DNA of 64,000 nucleotides from Diadema antillarum (lineage: Eukaryota), in the NCBI RefSeq assembly GCF_040938485.1, contig NW_027271005.1, positions 1 through 64,000 on the forward strand, in the 5' to 3' direction. Shown here in pieces: positions 35,294 through 46,400 of the stretch. The position numbers were made by a program, and so were the translations under genes. Within the stretch, counting starts at the first letter, position 1. The number at the start of each line of letters is the position of its first letter. The notes below the pieces were generated by a model. The model was not told where the DNA came from, ran no database searches, and saw only the letters and a list, made by a program, of their open reading frames with translations.

Positions 35294-35481
35294 TCCGCTG
35301 CAGTCATCATTGTCTCTACTGCTTCTTGCAGTGTACATCTCCCCCTTGTTAGTTTAGTGCAATTGCCCATAATGCAGACAACCTCTTTCTTCATTTCAGC
35401 CAGGTGCTCCATACTTTCTGCATGTATGAATGACAAAACAAAATCAAAACTTTAATTATAAAGGTATGACTATGGCCTTAA

Positions 35482-35553
35482 CCCGTTCGCTACGAAATTC
35501 TTGTAATTCCCATAGACATTGACAGGGACCATCCATATCCTGTAGCCAACGGG
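35482..35553. mobile_element. 72-bp piggyBac-type MITE
   Basis: TTAA|CCCGTTCGCTAC ... GTAGCCAACGGG|TTAA. Confidence 0.75.
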
Positions 35554-37285
35554 TTAATTTGAAGTGCTGCACACAAGTATGAAATAGGCTTGGGCAAGTT
35601 AGTCAGTTCCTGTCCGTGTCAGTCATGTTCATGTTGCTTCTATAGTCCTAATATCCTATTGTGCCTTGAATGTTATTTATTCCTATGTGGTCCTATCCAA
35701 CAATATGTCTTTTAGGCTTGGAAGTGTGTGTATGCTGATGTATGTGGTTTACTTAATAAGTAGACTATATTTAATGTGTTACCCCTATGTGATCCTACCA
35801 TGTTCTTCTTTTAGCCTGACTTGGTTCTGTTCTGTTGGGAGCAATGGCGACTTACAGCTGTGTCAAGGCCTATGTCTAATGTAGCACCACCTTGCTCCTA
35901 TACTAAGAACCATTTGTATCTATATTCCAATTGTGTATGGCCATGGAATTCTGTATTTGTTCACCCTATTAGGACTGTTGGACGTCAGCCACTGGCTTCG
36001 GCACGAACTAGCCCAGAATTCTTCCTAACAGGCCATATTCACAGGATTATACTTACAAGTCGATCTGCTTGTAGTTGAAATCCAAGGAGTAGAATGAGTT
36101 GCTCTCTATTTCTGATGCAAGGGTAAAATATGGATATGTTGAGAAATTCACCTTTATTTATAGTTGAAATGGATGGGGGTGACAGCATATTTTATGCAAA
36201 TGAGCTCCGTGGGTGAAAACATCATCCAATCAAATTGTGCATCAATTAAATTCCAGAGTTAACAACTTCTAAGTTTAATGAAAGTTCATGAACTTGTTTA
36301 CAGTGAGGTGACTTTCACACTTTAAAGGTACAATGTGAATATTGAACCGAAATATTTCAGTATCATCAATAAGTATCTATGATTATTGATAATTCTGAAA
36401 TATAATACATCATGGATTGGAACTCTCAATTTCAAGGTATTGAAAGAGATATTATGAAGATATCTGTGAATATTCTAAAATGTTAGAAAGTAATATATCA
36501 GCAAATATAGGCTGATATGATTGAGATTTCTGCTGTTTAATTCTACTTCTTACCCATGACATCAATGTGCAGACCAAAATTTCCTAGAGACTGATTTACC
36601 TAAGCTTATGGTTTCCTTTGTTTTGGGCCACCACATTCCAGTCTTGGGCCAACGAGAGATAAAGTTTGTTGAATTTCATTACTGCACTGGGCCCTGCCCA
36701 AAAAGTTACTGTGAAACCTTGTTGCAAGGTAGTATAATGTTACTATAGTCTTAGAATATTCTGAGATTATTAGTAATCATAGTTTTCTGTGTACCTTTAA
36801 ACCTTAAAATGGTGCATTTGTAAACATGTTTACAGATTTTTCACTCTAATATGCTAATTAGGCACCAGATGCTAATGTATGCAAAAATCCCAAAAATCTG
36901 CCTATAGTATAATTGGTGGGAATTTAAAGCCTGTGAATGGTGCTTTAATGAATTTTACTAGATTGACTGGTGCTGTAAACATGTTTACAGATTTTAATAT
37001 GCAAATTATGCACCAGATGCTAATGTATGCAAAAATGTCAAAATTCTGCCCATAATCAATGATCATGGAGGTCATTATGCCGGTGAAAATATATATTTTT
37101 TTAAATACATACATTCTTATCAATTTCAAAGTTGTTATGCAGGTACATGTACATCATAACAGTTCACATATTTGATTATTTTGGGTCAAAACTATTGTGG
37201 TTATTTCAAACAATGATTCAGATTTGTACAGTTATTGATCATGCACTCAGCGGAGGCATATATTTCGACCACGGGTGGTCAAATA

Positions 37286-38066
37286 TCCATCTACTATCTC
37301 CATATCTTGGAAATGGTTCAAGGTATCTTCATGGAATATAGTATACATGCATGTACTGACTGGCAGTGATTATCTAGGGAATTTTGGGTTCATGGGGTCA
37401 AAGGTCAGGGTTAAGGTCAAGGGTAACACTTCAAAATTTTACTATATCCATCATATTTATGCAATACATGCAGGATTATTTTCTTTTTAAACTTGGTGCA
37501 TGCATGTTTAACCCAATAGAGATTCTCTGGGAAGTGTGGGTTTTGTTTTGTTTTGTTTTTTGCCAAAAAGGTCAAAGGTCAAACGGTCAAAGATCAAGTG
37601 AAAGTGCTGAACTTTTCTTCTTCCTCCATATTACGGAAGTGGCTCAAGTTATCTTGAAACTTGGTACATATTTATGTCTGTTCTGCCTGACAATGGTTCT
37701 CTTAATGAATTTTAGGGTCAAAGGTCAAGGGTCAAAGGCCAGATGAAAATGGCAACAATTTACTATTCAATACAGAAATTGCACTTTTTTTCCGTACCTT
37801 GAAAAGCACTCAATGCATAAACTTATGAAGGGGTCAAAGTCAAGAAAAAGTCCTAAAATCCCCAAATACATGCTCTTGCATTCATCCAATTAAACCTAGG
37901 TCAAGGAAGGTGAACATTCCACACATTTGTGACAAACGTGTCATTTTGATATTTTGCCAGTTTTGTGAAAATGTAATCACACATTGTCCACATGTACTAT
38001 ATACCTATTAGGAGAATCATGCATTATGGAAGAGGCATACCAGTTGCCATAGCGACATTTCTAGTT
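37286..38066 (+). mobile_element. 5'-truncated copy of HINE family A
   Basis: Colinear with ~5650-6342 (for example AACCTAGGTCAAGGAAGGTGAACATT) and shares the GCCATAGCGACATTTCTAGTT end. Confidence 0.8.
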
Positions 38067-38300
38067 TGTTTTTTCTGGAACCGCTTTAGTGAAAAGTATA
38101 TTAGGGGTTTGCAAAAAGTGATCAGGTCTATTATACATTATTTGTAGTATTTTGAAATGCTAGGCAAGAAATAGGTCGATACTAAGTTGCTAATTTCATG
38201 AGGATCACCTTTTTGAGAACAGGGGTGACTTCTGCAATTTTGCCACCCTTTACATGACACGTGCAATAAAACCTTTCCGCATGTTTTCTTGAGCATGTCC

Positions 38301-39273
38301 TTTTTATACCCCCGCCACACTTAGTGTGAAGGGGTATAGGAATCACCGTGATGTTGGTCAGGCGGTCGGTCACTCGGTCTGTTGCAAAATCTTTCGTCGC
38401 GAACTCCTTCTACAGTTTTGAAGCAATTTAAATGAAACTTAGGGTAAATGATGATATTGAAGTATAGATGTGCAAGACATGTTTTTTGTGTTTGTCGGAC
38501 AATGCGTTGCCATGGTAACCACAATTTTACCACAACCTTGTGGAGGGCACTACTTCCATAGTATTCAAGCAATCAATTTCAAAATTGATATCTATGATGA
38601 TCTATAGGTGTAGTTATGCAAGACACTCTTTGTGTTTGTACTTGACAAAGCGTTGCCATGGTAACTGCATGTTTTCTTCGAAATCCTGTGGAGTGAACTT
38701 CTTCCACAGTTTTCAAGCAATTGAAACCAAATTTGGTAGGCATTATGGCCCTGAGGTATAGATGTGGAACACATAATTTTTGTGTTTGTCACACAAACCG
38801 TTGCCATGGAACATCAATTTTACCAAAACCTTGCAGATCGAGTAACTTTTCCATCATTCAAGCAATTAAAGTCAAATTTAGTATGTATCATGATCTAGAA
38901 GTGTAGTTTTGCAAGACACCAATGTGTTATGAGGAAAATGTGTTGCCATGGTAACCACTCATTTTTGTATCAAAATAAACCATTCAAGCTATGAAGGTCA
39001 AATTTGGTGTGTATGATGGTCTTTAAGTATAGTTATGCAAAATGTCCCTTGTGTGTGTATCAGACAATGTGTTGCCATGGTAACTACACTTTTTACCCAA
39101 ACCTTGTGGAACTCGGTGTCAACTCTGTAATTGTACAGTAAACTAAAATTATTCTGTTTCCAATTCGACAAGTGCACAAACTTGGTATTAACGTCATTGC
39201 CCTCATGACATCACATACTATAAAGCAACACTAGGGGCGGGGGTATTAATCACCTTCAGTGATAATTCTAGTT
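38301..39273 (+). mobile_element. DINE-1/HINE-like element related to family B, with ~130-148-bp internal modules
   Basis: TTTTTATACCCCCGCC start; GGCGGGGGTAT 3' subTIR (39236-39246); stem-loop ATCAC-cttca-GTGAT; AATTCTAGTT end. Confidence 0.8.
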
Positions 39274-39609
39274 TTGTTTTAATGCCAATAATAACGTACA
39301 TCATTTAGGTCACGGTTGAAATGCACTGTTATCTCATAATGACCTGATGGATATGTTTCGGATATACCAGAAAGAGACCAGTTGAGGCGATACGCATTCT
39401 ACCTGTAAGTGAGGAAAACAAGGGAAATATTTTATACATGTACGTCCTGGTCGTGAAGGAATGCAGTTTTCATTCTGGACAATTTTTGTACATGCTCCAT
39501 TTGCAATAGTTAAGAGATGTTGGGTGGGGGGACGTGTGGGTGGGAGGTTTGGTCCATTCCATTAAAACGCAGAGGGTATCCACAAGAAAAAAAAATGCAG
39601 GAAAGTGTA

Positions 39610-40572
39610 GGGGAGACCGGGGAGAAATGGGGCATTTTGCATCATCATGAAAGATTCCTTGTAACTTTTAAAATATTTTGTCAAGCTAGGTCATGATCAT
39701 AATTATGTACTATATATTCTGAAGTTTATAGTAGAGTATTAAAAAGTGATACCCCTATATATTAGACATTTTTGTGTAATTAATGATTTGTTAAACCCTT
39801 AATTTGGGGGGAAATGGGACACCCCAGGGAGAAATGGGACATCAACCGGGGAGAAATGGGACAACCATGCACAAAAGAATCTGTGAAATTATCACAAAGT
39901 ATAGACTAGTGATAAAACAAACACCTTTTAATTAAGATATAAGACAAAAAGGGAATAATTTGTGAATAGAAGGCATGTATTGGGATAGAATAATAAATTG
40001 TTGAAGATGCCTGTATATTATTTATGACAAAAAATGGTATGGAAATTGAAGGTTTGTTTGTAAATTGATATTTGGGCAATCTTAGTTACCCAAGTGCGCA
40101 ATATAAGAATTTTCTAAGGTGTTCTATTTCACAGCAATAAAATTTGTATTACACAAGTAGGATTTACATGTGCCGCGGGGAGAAATGTAACACTGTCCTC
40201 TTAAATTTCTGCCAGTGGTAACAGAAACAATAGAAAATCCCTGCCAATTTTTCATACCTGCATGTCTGTTATCAAGTTTGCACACTTACTAAGTTACCAA
40301 TTAACAGTGTAAGACCTACCAGATCTATGTAGTAAGTTTGATATTTTACTGGCAAGAAAGTAAGAAACAATGAAAAAGTAACAAAAAGGGGTTATAAAAA
40401 CAATTATTGGTTTTTGTTTCAACTTACCTGTAGAGCTGTATAGTGGCTAATATGTCTATTTTGAGGTGTACCGAGGCTCATCTTTTACTGGTATAATTGG
40501 ATTGTTAATTGTCCGAGCATTTTTCAAGTTACAAGAGTGTCCCATATTTATCCCCTTGTCCCATTTCTCCCC
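39610..40572. mobile_element. TA-flanked non-autonomous DNA element with repeated GGGAGAAATGGGACA motifs
   Basis: TA|GGGGAGACCGGGGAGAAATGGG versus CCCATTTCTCCCC|TA (right TIR partly deleted). Confidence 0.55.
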
Positions 40573-42117
40573 TAATTCTATGTGTTTTCTACCATTAGAT
40601 CTGATTTTGTTCTGCGATCTATGTGGTTTATGACTCTGTCCAGTCTGAGGGAACTTTTGCACTGTATGTGCAACAGGATCATTTGCAGCTTGCATTAACA
40701 TCATCTTGTAACTTTAATTACTTACAAACAATTAAAATGAGCATTCCACAGTTTAAAGATACAAGAAAATTTCTGCCCCCCCCCCCCCCTATTCTAAGAA
40801 GTAATTGGTCATTGGGTCAAAGGTCTGGTTAAGATTTTAAAATAATACTATTTGAATACTGAAATTTCACTAATTTTCTCTGAACCTTGGAAATGATTCT
40901 ATGCACATGCATTACTACACAATGATTCTGTAGTAGTGTCAAAGGTTCAGTGCAAATGTTGTATGTATTGATTGGATTGATCCAGACTCAGAAATATAGC
41001 ATAAAATCTGTGCTTGCCAATACTCTACCATGGCTTAGTGTCTGTCATGTGTGTGGCATACAAATTTTAAGACAATATTTTATCACTCTTATACTCATTG
41101 CTAGAATATATTTTATGAGGATTCTTCAAATAAATATATCATACTTGTAAATTTTGTTGAATGTATTATGATGTTGAGCTTGTCAAAATGTTTGCCTGGA
41201 TAATGTGCCTTGATTCATCTCTATGTGGATGTATGTGTGATTACTATTGTGATTGTTCAAATTCGAATTTAAAAAAAAGTTTTCTTACCTTTGTGATATA
41301 ATATGTGTTCAATTATGTATTATATGAATTAAATTAAATAAAACAAAATTACCAAGAAAAAAAAGTTCATAGTGTGTTTTGTCTATTTTTGTGAATTTCA
41401 TTTCAACATTGACAGGATAACAAGATGAGCAAGTGAATGCTGTTTCACATCAAGGTCTTATAAGATTCAAGTTTATGAATACATGAAGAGATTGTTTGCA
41501 AAAACCAATAAGTCCATTTTTGAAGATTTTGAAGTGCGGTCTCTGTCATAAAGTACAAAATAATACCTTTTAAATGATATATTGGTCACTACATATAAAG
41601 GTACATTTTTGAAGTTATGGTCAAAAGAAACAAACATTTTCTTATTATTCTCTTTATTTTTCTTGACCTTTAATCGCAAATATCTCCATTTCGCAAATAT
41701 GGACTTATCGGTTTTTGCGAACAAACTCTTCACATGTATAAAGTCACATTTCATACGTACAAAAAACGAACAAATAAACAAAGTTTGAAGGAGCAAAACA
41801 CCCAGTTGAAAATAACAAAAAACAATGCAGTTGAAAATGGTTGTATGTAAAATAGTCATTATGACATTGCACACATTCTTGTACTTAGTCCATTCTGCTG
41901 TGAAACTCTTCATATGATATGAGTGAAATATAAACAATGGTTTCCAATTTTGTTCAGGTTTTTGTTTTTAGCATTACATTAACAGAAAATATGGCTTGAT
42001 ATCATCCAATTTGTGTTGCATTCCAACAGAATAGATGTTAAGCCACATGTGAGAGCTATTATGTAAAGGTGTATTAATGAGAGAAAGTAGTTAGTGATCA
42101 ACAAGGGGTACTATATA

Positions 42118-42306
42118 CTGTAAAAGTGGATATTTTGCTCGACGGGGTTAGAAGAGTTTCGTGTCTTTTAATTCTGCGGAATCAAAACGTCAACTACTGG
42201 AACATATGACAAGCAAAAATATTCGCGTGCTTTTATTTTCGCGCTAGTTTCTGGTTGCGCGAAATGCGCGAAAATTTCAACATCGTGAACATTTTCACTT
42301 TTACAG
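42118..42306. mobile_element. Short MITE (CTGTAAAAGT family), copy 1
   Basis: TA|CTGTAAAAGT ... ACTTTTACAG|TA; homologous to 54821-55029. Confidence 0.8.
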
Positions 42307-43149
42307 TAGTTTGTTTTGTTTGGGTTTGTTTTTGGTTTTTGGTTTTTGTTTTGTTTTTGTTTTTTGTTTTTTGAGGGGGGAGGGGTGGGTATTATTCACC
42401 TTGGGCCCTTACCCACATGTATACAGTACCTGTAATTATGTTCCAGTTCATTATTCCAAAGGTTTGTTAATCCTCCAAAAATGAAATAAGGTTTGTTATT
42501 CCCAATATTCATTGATCTGAAAATGAAAGAAGGTTTGTTTATATTCTGAAGATCCGTTAATACAAAAATGAAATCAGGTGCTTTTCATTCTGAAGGTTCA
42601 TTGGTAGGCCTACACACTGTCTTATATATTATATGCGGATTAACCTTTTGAACCATTTCATTTTCAGATTAATGAACTTTATTTCATTTTCAGATGAATT
42701 AATCTTAATTCTTTTTCAGACTAACAGACCTTCGGTATTAAAAGAACCATCGAAGTGACAAATTTTAATAATACCGTCCCGAATGTTTGAAAATAATGAA
42801 CCCTTTTACATTTTTGTTCTAATGAACCTCCATGGTATCCAGTTTTATATGGAATTTACTGCATGTTTTGGAATAACAAATCTTATTTCATTTTTCAGAT
42901 GAAGAAACTTTTGGAACAATGGATATCGATCACACATGTAATGTACGCATGTGAAAGACACACACGCAATTTGAATTATTTTTCATGATGTAAGTTCAAG
43001 GAGCAAGGGTTAAGCAAATACACGTTCCTCAGATCGCCCAAATTTTTAATTACTAGTAAAAATCTTGTTACCCGGTACTGTCACCGAACTAACTGTCCCC
43101 GAACTAACTGTCCCGTCCCTTTTTACTTTTATTTTAGCCTGTATTAAAA

Positions 43150-43422
43150 TCGCCGCAGAGGGAGGCAGGCTGAGTTTCTGTAAATGCGCATCGTTGTTTT
43201 CTTCTGAGCGAGCTGTTCATTACATAGCGCTAGCGTTGGCGAAGCATCGTACTTTTTCGCTAGCTAGCCAGCCCAGCCACGTATGTAAATGCTACGTGTG
43301 AGAAATCGTTGCAGTGCAGCGTAAAGGAGCAAAGAGAACTACTAGTAACATAATTCATTTGTCGCAGACATTGTATCTGTTGGCATTAGTTTTAGCAACA
43401 TGCAAACAGCGATCAGTCAAAG
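43150..43422 (+). promoter_or_regulatory. CpG-rich promoter / 5' UTR of kish-B
   Basis: CpG-rich tract immediately upstream of the ATG-containing first exon. Confidence 0.5.
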
Positions 43423-46400
43423 ATGACGAACGGTAAGAACTTGGTATCATTTGAAACTTAAGTCGTGGTACTGTGACTGTTCATATCCATTCGAAATTCC
43501 GACAGCTGATGATAATAATAGTCCCATTCGTTGATATAAATGATGGGTCGATTACTTTGATTCGGCCACAGTCTGATCCAGGACAGCTTACAGGGTTTCA
43601 ATTTGAATAGTCTCACATTAGGAGACTAGATCACGTCTAGAATTGTCTTGTGTAGACCTAGTAGACTGGATAGAATTCCATGCTCGTGTAGCATAACCTT
43701 GATTGAATTTGAACCTCATTCATCCGAGACCATGGCATTGCCATTGGCAGGCTAACGTTAGATAGCCATTGACCAGTGGCATTGCCAGCACGAGTAAAAA
43801 TAGCAGTGATCAAAGCTCTGTTCTATTTTAAATGTAAATTTAATACCCAATCTAACAAAGTGCCTGACCTTCATTGATTTTAGCATACTCATTTGATGGG
43901 CTCATCATCTTTGGACTGCTGGTGATTTGTACCTGCGCCTACATGAGGAGAGTGCCTCGCCTCAAGAAATGGTTCCTGTCAGAGAAGAAAGGATTCTTTG
44001 GAGTGTTTTACAAAGGTGGGATCTCACTTCCATGTGTGCTTCATGCAATGTATTTGAACATTATTTTTTTTTTCATTTTTGTTGTTCACCATTTGCATGA
44101 GACAAAACAAGTGAATAATAAAAACCAAACACTCAAACAAAATAAGCATAATACATAAATACAAGAAATTTGGCTTCCCCTAATGTACTGCCATAAGTTT
44201 GTGGGCAGGAAAAAAAAGCAATCAAAAATTACTATGCTTCTCGGGCCTTTCCAACCTACAGTCAACCTTACCTAGGTTGAATCTATTTGGACTGAAGAAA
44301 TAGCTTCGACTTAGAAAAAATTAAACTTACTTTAAAGGATTAAAATCAGTAGAATATGTAAAGAACAGGACTTGAAAAAAAGCTTGGACATTGGCAATTA
44401 TTCAACATATACAATTTCGACTTAAGCAAGGTTGACTGTACTTAAAGCACATCAGGGAATAGCTAAAACATTTTGAAAAATAATCATATATTTTATCTCG
44501 TAATGTACGGTAGAGAATTCAGCCATTGGCTGCGCATTAGCCATTGGCTGAATTTGCGTAATATGAGAGGCCGTTCCGCGCGCAATCGCCATCTTCGTTC
44601 CAGCGCAATGTTCGATCGCGAAGCGATTTTTATCTGACCGAAAAATCGGAAAATATCATCGAAATCTGCGGAAATACGGAACTGAATTCGTGCTCTCTTA
44701 CAAGCGTGATTATCGTTCTCAGCATGGATGAACCAGCTGACAAATCGGAGAAGGCAAAAGCCAAAAAAGATACCGAGCTGTGTGAGCCTAAGGCCAGCCC
44801 AGCTCCGGCAGCAAAGAAGAAGGCTGCAGGCAAAACTCTGTCTAGCGGCGGGAGGCCTAAGGCATCCCGCCCCGCGGCTTCGGGGAAGGCACAGCCGAAC
44901 CCGCCCGCACCAGCTGCTACCGCTCCCAACCCGACTGTGACTACAGCGGAAAATAGCACGGAGGTTATGTCCCGCATTGGGAAACTCGAGTCAATGTTCG
45001 AAAAAATGATCGAGACTTTGAGCACTCCTCATCATGGAGAACAACATGCAAATACGCCGCGGGATTGTTTTAGTGAATATGGCGACTGCGACACACAAAG
45101 GGGAAGCAGCTCACCACCCGTCATAGAATTGGCGGATAATCGCAGCGTGGCTGATTTCCTATCGGCAAACCGCGATGACGCGGTCAGCTTGTTTTCGGAC
45201 GTAGGCCTACAGGAGGCAGATAAAGACAAACGGCCAGAATTCAAGATACCACGAATGGCTCAGAAATTCGTGGCTCCGTCCGGGATAGGGGAACCACTAG
45301 ATGAGGATGTCGCGGACACCATTGTGTATATGATGGGACAAAAACTTGACCAGAAATCTCTCGACGAAGCAGCAACTCGCTACCCCTGCCCATCTAACTG
45401 CACATGTCTAGAAACCCCTAAAGTGAACAGCACTATCTGGGAGAACATCTCGACGGGGACGAGACACAGGGATCTGAAACTACAAGTGATCCAATCATCC
45501 CTCTTGAAAGGGATAAACGCGTTTGCTCGTACCCTTCCAGCAACTTTGTCTGAAGCTCAGCAGGATGCTATGGCTTTTCTCTGCGATGCAAACTTCTCCC
45601 TCAACTGCATGAGAAAGGACAGCATAAAGCCTGACATGAACTCAAATTTCCACCACCTGTGCAAGCCCTCTCACAAAGTGACAAAGTACTTGTTTGGAGA
45701 TGACCTGGGGCGTCAAGTGAAAGAGATCCAAGAACAAAGGAAAACAATGTCAGGCATGATGAAATCACGCTTCACACGAGAGCAATCACGGTTCCAGCCG
45801 TACAAGAAACCGGATGTGACATCTCGCCGTCAATACACGTCGACTGGGTTCACCCGCCCGTTGGGGAGGGGTTATGACCGCCGAACATCACATTCCAACC
45901 CCATGGCCGGTTCATCTGCACAGCCTTTTTTAGGGAAGGCTTGGAGGGGGAGACCTCGAGATCCTCCTCACACTTACACACCGACAGCAGCAAGGGAGGG
46001 TGGCAACAAGCAGCCAACCTACCACAGGCAGAGCCAAAGCCAGGGGAGGAAATAGAACAGGTAGGTGACTATGAACACAACATAGATAACGATCTAGTTA
46101 CAACACCAGCTGTCGTCGGAGGTCGTCTGAAGCCATTTTTCCCTGCTTGGGAAAATATCACGAGAGACTCACACATTATTCAAGCAGTTCAAGGCTATAC
46201 AATAGAATTTGACCCAGAAAAATTTCCCCCTTCTCGAGAAAAACCTCTGCGTTCTTACAAGCGGAATGCTGAAGAAACAGCCAAGATTGACCATGAGATT
46301 CTTGTTCTGGAAGAAAAACAGGTCATTGAAAAATGTGCCCATGAAGAAGGGGAATTTATTTCAGAGGTTTTCACGAGACCAAAAAAGAACGGAGGAGTTC

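Noticed and set aside
41473-41937. 154-aa ORF and similar ORFs in AT-rich DNA (for example 53738-54070, 54885-55313)
   Set aside because: Low-complexity F/I/K-rich translations from MITE or UTR sequence with no recognisable domain or splice support.
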